This document shows positions 31,486 to 45,987 of a stretch of DNA of 64,000 bases, piece by piece (position 1 is the stretch's first letter; each line of letters begins with the position of its first letter). Where the stretch lies: contig ADNK01000313.1 of the NCBI GenBank assembly GCA_000320545.1, positions 1-64,000 on the forward strand. Reading direction: 5' to 3'. Both the position numbers and the translations under genes were made by a program. Below the pieces are notes generated by a model that was not told the DNA's origin, made no database searches, and was given only the letters and a program-made list of their open reading frames with translations. The DNA is from Bigelowiella natans CCMP2755. Its lineage: Eukaryota > Protista > Cercozoa.

Positions 31486-33534
31486 ATGCTGGATGCTACT
31501 TCTCCTCGATCGTCAATGCCTGGACTGTGTCGTTCATTGACACTTTTTGTCTTCCTCGTCACTCTACCAAGTCTTGTCACACCTTTATCGCTCACACGAT
31601 CACCACAAACACATCCTCGGATAAAGGGTGGAAGAAGATTGGCGACAATGGAACTTGAAGTCATCGATGAGGTTTTATCTTGCATGGAAACATATTTCTG
31701 TAAATAAAAAAGGTGGTACAATTAGCTCAATCCTAACCTCCAATGTGTTTCACGTGTTGCAGAGAATCAAAGAAAGTGATTACGGACGCAACCTACTTCG
31801 TGCATTGGATGGAAAAACAGTTCTGTGCCAACTGAAAAATGTCGCCTAATATTGATTCTTTAGTCAATACTGAGAATACTCTCTTAATTTAAAGACAAAA
31901 ACTATTCGGCGTCTATTGTACGATGAGGAGACCCGTGTGTCAACAACGCTTAGTCAGGTTCTGCTCAGCACGTATTGCTTCACAAGACTCATACAAAATG
32001 TCATTATATGGTTCATATATCAATTATTCAGCACATTAAGGCATCTTGGGTCGAAATTTTACTTTGTCGTGAAAGAGAAGAACAGCTCGCTACCCAGAAG
32101 GATTCTCTCAAAAGCTCCCTTATACAGATACAAGAGGCCTTGGTAACAACCATACTCTTCCTTCTTTCCTTCCTTACCTCCCACTCCCGCCTCCCTTCAA
32201 TTCTTGATGCCACACCATCATGCTGAATCATTGTAAAATAGAGAGAAGTGCAAATATGTACGGTAACACTGTATTGGTGCTCTTTCACCTTAGGACATAT
32301 TTAACAATTCGATGAATCATTTCTCAGCAGATCTTCCAGAATTGGTGAGCTCTTACTTTCTTCAGATTCCTCATATATCTACCGATTTTTGTAAAATACA
32401 GCTGTCAAAATATTCACAAACATAATACCTTCAGAGAAACATCGCCCTTGAGCTCCATGAGGCTCATGTTAAGGTGATAAATAAGGGCTCAGCCAATACT
32501 TAAAATGCTGCTGAACCCAATCAGATTAGATGAACAAATTTACATATTCAAAAAATAATTTGATCATTATATCTTCTTCATCTTCACGGTTCCCGCATTT
32601 CTCTATGTAGAATGTGGCAAAAGTGGAGGTTATGCGCCAACTGGATAAAGATGAAGCCGATACATACCAAAAATTGGTTGGTTGAATTCGCTGCCCCCAT
32701 CATCATCATCATCATCGTATTCATTTTCTACATTATCTTCTTTTACAGTATTGTCGTTTCACTAATGCGCTGACATTCTACATCACCAAAACTGAAATAC
32801 CTCTCCATTTCCAAAACAATGTCCTTCTTCCTGTTGTATACAGATGAAAATAACTGGCGACGGCATTGCCCATGCCAAAGCGAAGGCCGCTATAAATGCT
32901 AAAGAGCTTGGTGGCTCAATGGAAAAGACCATTGAGTACCTCCTGTCTTCTCCTCAGAGCGAATCAAGGAGACGAAGGGTATTAGTGCTAACCGTCATCA
33001 TCATCCTTATCCCCATCATCATCATTATCAACATCATCATCATTAGTAGTACTATTTCATCGCTACTCTAATCCATGCTACCATACATTATTCAATCAGG
33101 GGGGTAGTAGTACACGAATAAAGTCCTCTTCGATGGGTAGGCGACATCACCGGTCTATACGTTTTGCAGGGCAGCCTTCTCCAAAGAAGCAGCAGCAGGA
33201 GGAGGTGGAGAAGGAGTATTTGTCCTCCCAAGAATACGACGAAAAACAAGAGGATCAACGCAAAAAGAACGACGATAAGTATAGCAAGGGGGAGGAAAAC
33301 ATAATGCGGAAAAGAGTAATTGCTTGGATCTCTGAGAATATCGATGATGCTGCAACAGCAAATGTGAGGAAGCAGCAGTCGAAGTGGGGCAGGGCTTTAC
33401 TTTATCTTGAGAAGGTAACAATTACTAAAGTAGACGATACTTGATGATGACCGGCCATATTCTCTATAGGCTCTGTTAGGTTCTTCTCTGTTTCTTTGTA
33501 CACTAATGTGCATTGTTTACACATACGCACACAT

Positions 33535-33600
<66 letters not shown>

Positions 33601-33830
33601 GCATTTATACCTCAGTATCGTGTTTGGATGTCACTCAAGTACAAGGAGCATCACATCGATAAGTTCGAAATGTAGTACACGTCATCGATATTGCACGAAT
33701 AATAATTATGTGGTCATAGACCATTGTTGCCCTTGCACACACTACCTTCGCACCAGGCGTAATATGCAAATTGTGATTTGATGATGCACACAGAGGCACA
33801 CACATAATAAAAGTATTGTTTTATACGTAT

Positions 33831-33888
<58 letters not shown>

Positions 33889-33941
33889 AAAGAGCGAAAT
33901 AATTTGTTTCCCTCTTTCCTCTTCTTTTCTCCTCTCTCTCA

Positions 33942-33984
<43 letters not shown>

Positions 33985-34421
33985 TTCTCGCTTTCTCTCC
34001 TGTCTTTTTTTACTACCATATTGATCGTCTGATAAAGGATAACGTGAGATGTAGACCACCCTGTCAAAAACCATTAGTAGATGATGTGCTGCACATTAAG
34101 CAGTTGCTAAAATATTTATTACCTTGGTTTTCCTCTCATTTTTCCTCCTTGCCTCCTCTTCCTCCTCTTTTTCACTTCTGACAACTTGGAACATCGCTGC
34201 CTTAGCGACGACAAGCTAAGTAGCGTGTTGGATCTTCTCGAGAGGAAGGCATGATGATGCACAGCTTAGATCACCTTAACATTATCCGCCCCTCTCTTTC
34301 TCTACTGTATTTCTATTTTTTATCCCGTTTGTTTCACCTTTGTATCGGTCTGCCCTGGTTCTCCTGGTCACTATCGTTTGTACTGAATGCTTCCTATAAC
34401 CCTAAACTGTGGTGTGTGTGT

Positions 34422-34468
<47 letters not shown>

Positions 34469-34502
34469 TATTGTTTTACTCTTCTGATTTCGATACTGCT
34501 AT

Positions 34503-34535
<33 letters not shown>

Positions 34536-35912
34536 CAGAGTGCTGAGGGAATTGAAGCGTGGTTCGACAGTGCTTTTAGTCTCAAGCAGACTGAGTAATT
34601 ATCCTCTTAGTTAAAAGAAGAAAAAAATGGTGATGATGATGACAACAACTACTACTACAGATATCTCCTCTTTGCTTTCTTCCTCCCTTTCTCTCTGCAT
34701 CTCACGATCGCCTTCCTTTTGGTTTCTTTCATTCAATTTTTTGTCGGATGCAATGCTCTCCACTCAACATCCCCATCGCATAAAATCATCACCACCACCA
34801 CCATCATTATCATCATCAATACAACCATCCTCACACCAGCAGCAGCTAGAAATAGAAGAAAAATTTAGTCAAAAATCGACAGAGCAACAGAGGAACACTT
34901 GAACAAAATTATCTAGGCCAATGGTGAGGGCTTTTGAGAGGAGGAGCGATGAATACCAGCAGGCGTTAGAAAAGGCCAAAACACGACTCGTCGCTCAGAA
35001 GAAACGATGCCGATCGAAGGAGGCCGACGCGGAGATAATAACTTCAGCAAAGTGATTATGACATATCACAACATAAGCATCATGTTCACACTTCTTTCCA
35101 CTGTAATGTCGTCCACATCGAAAAGCAGCATACTGCCTACCCTTTGTATTCTTTATCCCCTCATACTGCTATACTGGTGGCGCTATGCAATGTCATACAT
35201 ATTAGGGAAAACGAGTTAGAAGTTCTAAAAGACCTTCGAAGGAGAGCTGCACTAATCAGAGTCAAAGAATCTAAGGGGGGGGAAGGCAAACGAGGATTAC
35301 CATCTGCAAACAAAGCAGCTGACAGATATCCAGAAGGAATAACTAGCACTACATCTACATGCCCAGTGAAGGGAAGAGGCGTGTCATCTATCCTCTCAGA
35401 TGCTGATATTACCAATAAGAGCGCAGCAGCATATCTTGTAGACGGCAACTACTCATCTGGTGTTCCTACTCCAGTAACTACTACAACAATGTGTCCTGCA
35501 AACGCAGTAACACCAGCGACTGGAGAAGAAAAAGAAGAGAGTAAGCGTGTTGTCCCAGACATTATTAAGGTCCGTGTATGTGGAAGCGTATCTACATTTA
35601 TGGATATGAAGGAACATGTATGGTTTCGTTGTGCACTAATATTTTATTCTTCACTTTATATCTCAACTGGATTCTGAGAAAGCATTTATTTATGTGTGTG
35701 TGTGTTTGTGTGTTTGTATGCTGGCGTGTTGCTACTTTGGTGATCAGCTTCATGTGCACAACAGTCGCAAAGGTAGTGCGATTAGTGTGTCTAAGACCGA
35801 TCCAGGATGGAATTTTACATCGCACAGCAATGGTACTGCAACAGTAGCTACTGTGGCTCTTGGAATCGACAGCGACGCAAAATCTGCTATTGCTCCGCAG
35901 ATGTCGTCATGA
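31486..35912 (+). CDS. Hypothetical coiled-coil protein with an N-terminal signal/leader-like sequence; many short exons
   Basis: Exons such as ...LATMELEVIDE|RIKESDYGRNLLRALDGK, NVAKVEVMRQLDKDEADTYQKL|MKITGDGIAHAKAKAAINAKELGG, ENELEVLKDLRRRAAL...PDIIK|LHVHNSRKGS...APQMSS* are bounded by GT/AG. Confidence 0.6.
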
Positions 35913-36122
35913 AATTTATCAGATACACGTTTATTACCAAGAAAGTTAACGCTTTGACAGTGGAGAGAAAGATCTAGACCTCGTCATTATGCTTTGTGGT
36001 CACAGCCGTAAGCATCATTCGAATTGTTTCAAACATTGTTGCTGGATGTGGAACCATTGGATTTACTTGAGAGAGGAGGGACTCAAAATAAAAACATCAA
36101 ATTAGCTCCTTCCTGCAGATTA

Positions 36123-36273
36123 GGCGCCACCATCTTGCATCATGGTGGCATCATTCCCACGATTCACTGCCCACGCCTAGACGTGCACTTGAATTGCACC
36201 AACACATCATGCAAAAATGATGCTGCTCTTGTCGTCTTCTTCAAGTCATGTGACTGCGGATTGCAAACACACA

Positions 36274-36309
<36 letters not shown>

Positions 36310-37982
36310 CACGATGTGAATGAACATCAAATGGCACTGCGAAGCGCAGACATGCCACAAGATGCCATGCGAATTGCAAGCGTGCGCACAAATGAAGTGC
36401 ACAATGCACACACAGCTAGACAGGCACACACAATGCACGCATCCGCCACCGTGTCTGTGCACTTCAATGAAATGTGGCATTATGCGGGCCTCATGATTTC
36501 CAGATTTGTGCAACGTACATGCAACAGATCGCGTGCGTCACAGCCAGCATGTGACATGCGCTAGTGTGTTTAGATGTGTGCGTGCATCTGTGCGCACAAT
36601 CACACACACATGCTAGCATGCACACGCACATCTGTGGCTTTGCATGCACATGGCCCAGCACATCTAGACATGTCTTAGATGTGATGCATGCATGTGCTAG
36701 ATGTGCGGGCGGCGGTCGATCATTGACCTTGCAAACGTGACGCAAGGGCAAAGCCAAGAGGTGTTGGTTTGACAATCGGCATCATCATCATCAACATCAC
36801 CACCATCACCACGCTAGTGCGTCTGGAAGAACGCGAGGAAAGCAAGATAACCAAGAAGAAGAAAGAAAGAAAAAAGTGATTCCGTTGGTTCTGTCATGCT
36901 GGCATGATTGAAAGCCAAAAAGGATTGTGCACGTGCGCAGACGCACTCATGTCCGTGTCCTTCATCGCCAATTGACTGGAACCAGAGAACACAAAGGAAA
37001 ATTGAGGACTTTTCCAAACCCACCAGCCACGCTTGGCACCAGAGAGTTTGGCTAGTTGGGTCTCAAAACGCGCCTTGGTGCGCGCACGCCAGCACGACTA
37101 GACAGCGGGCGGGTGCCAGCGCAACGCAGTGTCTAGGTGTGTTTGTTTCTGACGTTCTCGTTCGCACCAAAAGCATGCCAGCATGGATCCAACCAACAAA
37201 AGCTTCGAAATCCAGAACCTTTTGATGTTGGAACTGACTTGGTGCAGTGTTTGGCGTGTGTCGTGCAGTGGCACGGACTCGACGTGCTCCCCTGGCCCCC
37301 CATGCTGGCCTGGGCAACCGACAACAGTGCCGGCCCCACATTGCCCGCATTTGATCATTGATGTCGAACTTTGAAGAAGAAGATGAACTTGACAAACAAA
37401 CAAACAAACAAACGTGACGAAGAACCACGTTTCCAAAACGTGGCAAGACACTTGCAAAACAAGCACGAAACGCAGTGTCTCGAACCAGTTTTGGTGAGGA
37501 CTCATTGGATTTGAGAAATTGGCATCCTGGTTGCATGGGGCAGCGCAAATGGCGGCAGTTTGGCGGCGACGCAAAGCATCGATTCTTCGCAGGAACTTCC
37601 TGAAGGCCACGTCCACACGCCGGTCCGCTTGATGATGGATCACATTTCCGAGAACAATGATAACAATGATGAAAAACCAAACTTCCAAAGTGTGACAAGA
37701 CACTTGCAATGTGCGAAATGCAGTGCCTCGAACTGGCCGGCTTCAGTGAGGACTGACTGGCAAATTGGCACGAACTGAACATTGAATGCATCACAACTAG
37801 CAGCCAAATGACGACGACGTAATGCATCCATCCTGAGCAGGAACTTCCTGACAGCCACGTCCACACGGAGATCAATGTTGGGGACAACCGAGGGGGCGCC
37901 GAGCAAGACTCTGGTCTTGACAGAGTCAGGGGTCGACATTTGAAAAAAATGACATTGAACTGATCCAATTGGGAGATCCGAC
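36123..37982. other. Second strongly TpA-depleted domain (CTAG spared)
   Basis: By eye, about 7 non-CTAG TA versus about 11 CTAG in ~1860 bp. 36850-37660 has none outside CTAG. Confidence 0.85.
37098..37939 (-). pseudogene. Decayed coding relic containing a ~200-bp diverged internal duplication
   Basis: Two copies (~37425-37620 and ~37683-37866) encode RVDVAFRKFLRRIDALRRR and RVDVAVRKFLLRMDALRRR in different frames, with stops and frameshifts. Confidence 0.45.
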
Positions 37983-38652
37983 TAAGTGGAAAGAAACCAA
38001 CCATTGACAATTAAGGGGGTATTTTCGGAGATATTTATGAATACCGGTTACTGTCGGGGGGTTTTCGTACAGACTGGAACGACAGTACATGAATTAACGA
38101 TTACCCACCTCCCATCAGTACACCTCCTATTGCGGTGTTCAAGTGTCAACATAAAACATGCGCCATACACGTGAAAGAAAAAGACAAAACAAAATGAAAA
38201 CCACAGAAGCGCCTTCACATTCCACAAGAAGTACCAGGAACAAAACTAGGCATGCAAACAAATCCGATGAAGTTGTTTTTGACTTAGAAACTCTTCAAGG
38301 TGCAAACCAGATGATCATCAAGTAAAAAGAAGCGTGATAAACTTATCATTGAATTTTATAGAAATTGACAGGCATACACTCCAACTTCTCGCAAGAAGAC
38401 GCGGTATAAGGTGTGGTGCTTGCTTCGCAATGCTAATTGCAATCAGACTGTTACAAATTATTGCCTAAAATTGTGCTTACGGGAATGATGAAACAGGGCA
38501 AATCAGAAGTCAGCGGACATCATTGAACAACTGATAAAGTATGGTTAATAGATAGTATTTTTCAATTTAGAAATTGATTTCTCCTTACAAATCATACAAC
38601 AGATCGTACGATGGCTTGTCGTCTTGTGCTGAAGCGACGAGTACGACGACTC

Positions 38653-38687
<35 letters not shown>

Positions 38688-39202
38688 GCATTCATCGTGT
38701 CTCAGCCACCACATATGTGTTAGTGTGGCAGACATAAGCCAACTTGACAAAAATAACAATAGCGAAATCGTTTCGTAGACTTCCAAGTGTTAATTTTTGT
38801 TCTCATAATACAATATTTTAAATCATCCTCAACCACATCGGCGCAATGTTGGAATAAAAATAGAGAAATCATTAAGCAAGAGAAGACAGAATCGGAAAAG
38901 AAAGGCTAAAAAGGACTCAAAACGACACCAAAGCAATGAAAACGTAAAATGAATAGATCTGCTGAAGTGGGTAATAGAGCTTAATAATAACATCGAACTA
39001 TATTCAGGACCTTAAGGATGATGATGACAGAGACGACGACGATGATGCAGAAGCAGAAGAAGGTCGATATATGAAACTAACATAGGAGCATGATGCTGAT
39101 CATGGATTATATGGGTTTTATTATTTTCGTTCCATTTGCTGCTTGCTGACCGGGGGGAATAAACGTCCACTGTATATGTCAACAAGCCTGTTAATTATTC
39201 AG

Positions 39203-39915
39203 GTCTACTGGCGACTGTCTATGATATTGACGACGAGGTAATAGTAGTAGTTGTAGTTGTGTACTCCTCTTGTTCTGACAATTCGTAGTAACAATTTTAT
39301 CTGACAAACACTATATTGCTAAGGTTAACGTCAAGGCAGTCAAGAAAACTTTGCAGGAAATCATCAATACATTTATTATATAACAGCCTAGAATATTATT
39401 TCCTAATTTGATGTATGCATATATGCCTCCTTTTGGTACTTCCCTCTCATCACAGAGTCCGGACAAATGGGTGTGTTCAAAATGTGACGACGGATTTGAT
39501 CCAAGAATTTGTCTGCAGGTATGTGATAATAACAATTAGTAGACCATTTTTATTATGTGATTCTATGATTTACGCGCCAACTTCAATTACACTGGAATAT
39601 GCTGTACCCACGTTCCCTTTTTGTCTGAAAAATCACCGCTGCATGTATCTTGATAGACTGGAAAATGTTTCTGCGTCAAGTGCTCTAAAAGCCATGCGTC
39701 AAAGGTAGTAAGAAAGTAAACACCACTAGTTAACAAACACTAACTACTGTTTTTCAATACAGCTAATATGTGCAAAGGTAGTGGTATTAGTCTGTAAGAT
39801 ATCCTCTGATGACGGTCGAATAAACTCAGCATTTTGAGTTGACATCCTCTGATGACGGTCGAATAAACTTAGCATTTTGAGTTACTACTCACTATTATTT
39901 TCTCTGCTTCTTCTT

Positions 39916-39949
<34 letters not shown>

Positions 39950-40127
39950 CACTTACAGAAAGGAAATGGACAACGTGGTTTATTTCTTGTAGTCAACACA
40001 GAAGATGCCAAGGTATGTATGTATGTGTGTATGTATGTATACGAGAGCAGCGACAACTACAATTATCCCAAGTAAAAGTATCACTAGCAGCACCTTGCCA
40101 GCGTAACAGATTTTAGATATACACATG

Positions 40128-40176
<49 letters not shown>

Positions 40177-41291
40177 TTCCTGGAGCGTGAGTTATTATTA
40201 CTACATTACGCAATACCACTAGAGTTATTATTACTGCATTATGCAATAATACTAGTTTGAAAGCAGCACAGTACTACTAACTACATCAAAGGTTGAATCG
40301 ATTGGAAAGAATAATAAATTCACTTTCATCAACGAAAGCAGCCAAAGCATTAAAGAGATAAGGTGTTACTTACGTATTTTATAGTTAAGATGAATATAGA
40401 TGGATAGAGAACATATTAGTCGGTGGACAACCATAATTATCTTGTGTTTGTATGTTGGTGCATGTATGTAAATGGTGAGTAAACATTCTTTGGTGATGAC
40501 GTACTATATTAATAGTGACGCTGATGGTAATTGCACATGTGTGCTTATTGAAGGCAACTAATAATAGCACTAATAATAAAGATTTGTGATTCGGTCAATC
40601 TTAACAGCAGTTATGACATCATAACGATTTGATTAGATCCATGCTACAAGATTTAAGATGTGACGTTGGTAGTATTACACTATGTAGTAGTCATAGTCGT
40701 TATAATAGATAAATGAAGAGACCTACTCCAGCTCTACACCATATGATAGCATTATAGCCGTAATAATAATAATAATAATAATAATAGGGTTGGTTGCTTT
40801 GTTCATAGATAAATGAATAGACCTACACCTGCACTACACTATGATGACTGCTGGCTTGTTTGCTGCCCATTGTATCATGAATAATGCTATTTTACTCTTA
40901 TCTTTTTTCCTCTTAATCAAGGCCAACAATACGAGGAAAAAATAAGCTCTTTGTCTTCAAGAACCAAGAAAGGAGCAAGTGGAAAGGCGAAAAGGGGGGG
41001 CAGCAGGAGAAATATGATAAATCAAAATCTGGATGGTGAAGGAGGAGGAGTAGGAGTAGAGACTCCTGAATCTATTCAAAAAAGGAGGTTTAAAATCCAC
41101 GCTGATGCCCCTCTCCCTGCTCTTTTAATCTCTGCTCCCTTTCCTCTGCACGATGATGCCTAACCCCCCTCCTTTTTTAATCTCTGCTTCCTGTCCTTTC
41201 CTCTGCAGCACGAATTTGTAAAAAGAATTAAGTACGTAGTAGCATTTCGATATTCGATATTGATCTCTGAGAGATAAGGAGACAATTTAAA

Positions 41292-41322
<31 letters not shown>

Positions 41323-41391
41323 TTGTAGCACTAGTAGTAGTGCGGCTGATTATCAAGGGTAAATTGTTATGAATCATTGCAACAATGTGAC

Positions 41392-41428
<37 letters not shown>

Positions 41429-41644
41429 CAGTGCAAGGTTTCTGCAGATGGTGCAAACAGGATTCCTTAGCCGCAAAAATAGATACAAGCGCAAAGAAGA
41501 GGTAGTATTAGTAGTAGTAGTAGTAGTAGTAGTAGTGTCAACAATCTACATCATAATGTCGAATATCATGAAAATTATTGCTGTTGGTAATGTTGGTTGC
41601 AAAGCCGGTAGCTATATGGTAATGATGTATGTAATATGTGTTAT

Positions 41645-41675
<31 letters not shown>

Positions 41676-43489
41676 TTAGGACTTGATGCTGACTGCTATA
41701 AGAAGATGGACAGGACGTACTACTATCAAGTACTGCTCCTGATGATGATGATGATGATTAAACACCGACATGGGATTATGGGATTATGGGATTATGGGAT
41801 TGGATCATAAATTAGGATATAAAAGAGTATGGGCACGAAGAAGCACAAAATATGTGCTGCCGGGAATATATGCTACTTCTTATATCCTATCCACACCACT
41901 AATACTAATACTAATACCACTTCTGCTACTACGGGAACAATTACTATGCTAATTTATCGTTCTAGAATTCTTATTTTTTGACTCTCTTTCCACATCCTGA
42001 GACGACGACATCAATGACGACATTGACTACTACTACTACTTCTTATACTCATACTCATACTACTACTACTACTACTACTACTACTACCACTTTTTCTGAT
42101 ACTATTGGTTCACCATCTTACTACTACCATTAAGGTGCTTCAAGGCATGGAAGACATTTAAAGAGCAACAGCGAAAATCTGATGGCAAAGAAAATGAAGA
42201 TGATATGGAGGTAGTGGTGGAAGAAGAAGAAGAAGAAGTAGTAGTAGTAGTCGTAGGGAGTAGTAATCGTCCTAGTCGTATTTTTAACTTGTTGACTTGT
42301 TCTTCTTCGCAAATTGTTTCTTTTGTCATTGCAAAAGAAGAAAAAGAAATAGTAGTAGAAAGTAGTGGTAGTGACATTATGCAATAGCATTACTAGTTTA
42401 AAAAACGACGTCTACGAGCTCGTCGTCGTTTATACTAATTTGATGCCTACTACTGGCGATATATTTCGGCTGCTGCGTGCATTGCTTAATCGCTGTCTTC
42501 TTCTTGATGCACAACAACACTTAGTAGTGAGTGTTTGTTTGTTTGTTTGTTTGTTGTCTTAGTAATGTAAGAATGCATGCATCCCCCCTCCCCCTTCTGA
42601 CAACTAAGACTGTCTTTTTTATTGTATGTAATAAGATGGTTGGTATAGAATTTGTAATCCTGCTCCTCCAATTAAACAGCTACTGTTGCAACAATAGCAA
42701 TACTTACTTACTTTCTACTACCTATACTACTACCGATGATACTGTTGCAACAACAATAGCAATACTTACTTACTTTCTACTACCTATACTACTACCGATG
42801 ATGATACTGTTGCAACAACAATAGCAATACTTACTTACTTTCTACTACCTATACTACTACCGATGATACTGTTGCAACAATAGCAATACTTACTTACTTT
42901 CTACTACCTATACTACTACCGATGATACTACCACTCACTACCGTTACTACTACTACTACTACTTACTGCTGCTACGACGATTACAACAACAAGATTGAAC
43001 AAAGTGGTCAGAAGGAGGGCAGTTTGATCTTCCCAATGCTAAGAAGGTATTAGTTGTGTAAGTTGATAGATAATATCCATGAGATAGATGAGAAGGATGG
43101 TGATAAGGAGATAATAGGTCAGGGAGAGAATCGAGTGAATTAATCAATCAACTGTAATAATAAATGTAGGAACTTCAGTCTTGGGGCAAGTAGTGTGCTA
43201 CGGACTGCTATTACACACTCGGAAGGTTTGTTCTCGTACTACTACAACAACTACTACTACTACTACTATTCTGTTACTGCTCTCACCATGTAATAGTAAT
43301 AGTAGTAATAAGAGAGATTTCGAGCCTACTTTTCGTATCTGATTTTGGTATTCTTTGTTTGTTTGTTTGTTTGTTTATTTCTTCTTTCTTTCTTTCTTTC
43401 TTTCTTTCTTATAGGACGTGGATCTGCTCCTAGAAGAAGTGGAATTCCTGTTATGTGCCCGGGAAGGTGTAATGATAATAATAATGATA

Positions 43490-43525
<36 letters not shown>

Positions 43526-43942
43526 AGAAGATAAACGGCAGCAATAGCAGCATCTTTTGGGCTAATACAAGTATAAAGTTATATACTACTTATGTGTTCT
43601 ACATTTGAACGTCTATCTCGTCGTACATAATGTCCAACCACCTTATACCACCACAGTATGGTAACACCGATGCTGCTGCTTGCTGTTGTCGCTGTCGTTG
43701 TTCTTGTTATTCCAGATGCGGTTTAAGAAATCTTGGAAACACATGCTACATGAACGCTGTCATCCAGGTACGAGTGAATAGAAGTAGTAATAGTAGTAGA
43801 AGGAGCAGTAGCAGTATTAAGAAACTCCAACGAAGAAGAAGCAGCACCACCACCAGCAGTTTTTCGTCGTACATCGCGAATTGAATATTTGTGGTAACAA
43901 CAACCAATGTACACTAGTTTTTGTATGGTTTATTATTATTAC

Positions 43943-43975
<33 letters not shown>

Positions 43976-44581
43976 TGTAGGCTAATCACTACTACAACTA
44001 CTACCACTACTACTTACTACTGCTGTTGCTGGTGCTGCTTGCTGCGATTACTACTATTTAGGCCCTGTCGAGCTCTCCTGCTGTTCGAGACTTCTACATT
44101 CGGTGAGTCGTGACTTGTAGTAGTAGTACAAGTAACACTACATTAGGGGGTAAACAACAAATGACCACAATAACAACATTTAGTTCTATCATAGAATAGT
44201 AGTGGCCAATACACATATGATTATTGATGTCTTTCAATTGGCATTCATATACACTAGCGATAATGAAAAATGGATTATGATGCAGCACCATTCATTACTT
44301 TTTAACGTGTATTTCTCTGCTTGCAGCATCAGCCAAAATATCAAATCAAAAAGAAGCATTATTTAGTCCTCAATTTAAATAAATGATTGATAATGACGCG
44401 ATTAGTAGTGCAAAGTGCGATTAGCACTATAGTTGTGCTCGTCGTCGTTACGAGGATGAAAGTGATAGTTCTTATCTCTTCAAATTACAGTAGGAAGGAA
44501 GAAATGAAAAAGAAACAGAAGCAAATAACGTAATCAAACCCCCTCATTTCGATGTACAACCCCCTCATTTCGATGTACATA

Positions 44582-44623
<42 letters not shown>

Positions 44624-44975
44624 TATCTTCCTCCCTTTATTCTGCCATATGCTCTATGTTTTTAAAAAGGAAAAATCGGTCGAAACGAGGACGAGTTAAG
44701 AAATCTGGAAGTGCCCCAGCATCAAAACTTGAACAAGACGATAAGGATTCTCTATCTGAATGCTTAACTGAAGTAAGTGATATAAACAACATAGAGGAAT
44801 ATTTATCATATGTCACATGCTGCTGCATTTGTGTTTCTATTGTATTGTTATAATGATGATTATTATGAATTATGATCGCTATTATCATCCAGATCCTTCA
44901 GTCCATCTGGAGTGGAAAACGTGTGGTCATAATATGCTGCTTTTTATTACCACTTCTCGTGGAACTATGATACGA

Positions 44976-45011
<36 letters not shown>

Positions 45012-45947
45012 AAATGTTACATGTGGTATTATTTCTTCTATACAGTCTTCTTCCTCTTTTCAGTTGCCTGTATCTTGATACATAATTTAAAAAATAATCT
45101 TGAAGAAGATGTAAAGGAGAGCTGCTATGCCCCTTTGCTACTACGTTTATTTAGATATAATTAGGATACATCTTAGTGTCATTCATACTTCTTGTAAACA
45201 ATCTCCTACACACACACAATGGTAGTCTAATTTCCATCCTCTCCCTCATCATTACAGATCTTCACTGCTGATGATCTTTTAAAACTTGTTTGGGAAAAAG
45301 CACCCAGGGTTGTGTTGTATGCTAATCAGTTGTGAAAATTGGATTATAAATGATAAAAATAATGACAATGATGATAGTAATGATGATAGTAATGATGATA
45401 ATCAAACATGATGATGATAATGAAACATATGCTGCCAAAAGTTTCCTTTAGTGAGTGCTGTCATCAGTAGTCTTCTGCATGAGAGCAACAACGGCATCAT
45501 CATCATATGAAGGAGTGAATGAACATACGACGATGATCATCTATTTTCTTTTCAGTTCCGAGGATTTAAGCAACAAGATGCTCAAGAATTCCTCCTATTT
45601 TTACTCAACGAGGTACGTACTACTAATAGGACAGAGGCGTCTACCCTCCTCGCCATCATCATTTTTGTAGTTGTTGGTAGTATTTGTGGCCAATGTAGTT
45701 GCCATTCCGCTGATTATAGTGCGATGATTATCATAAATTATTACGTGACGACGACGACGACTACGAGCATTTTCCATTAGAATGTTATAAATCTATTTGA
45801 GAATATTCCAAGTATTTTCTGCCTTACTGTTGTTTAAGTGCCAGTAGCAGCAGCACCCACAAAGATTATTTGTATTGCAATCATAAAAGACTACTGGTGT
45901 GTGTATCCTCAGCAACAGTTATGTTGCTTATTTCGCACAGGATATAC

Positions 45948-45987
<40 letters not shown>

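Noticed and set aside
42681-42927. CRISPR-like repeat array
   Set aside because: Head-to-tail units with no unique spacers, inside a eukaryotic intron, and no cas genes.
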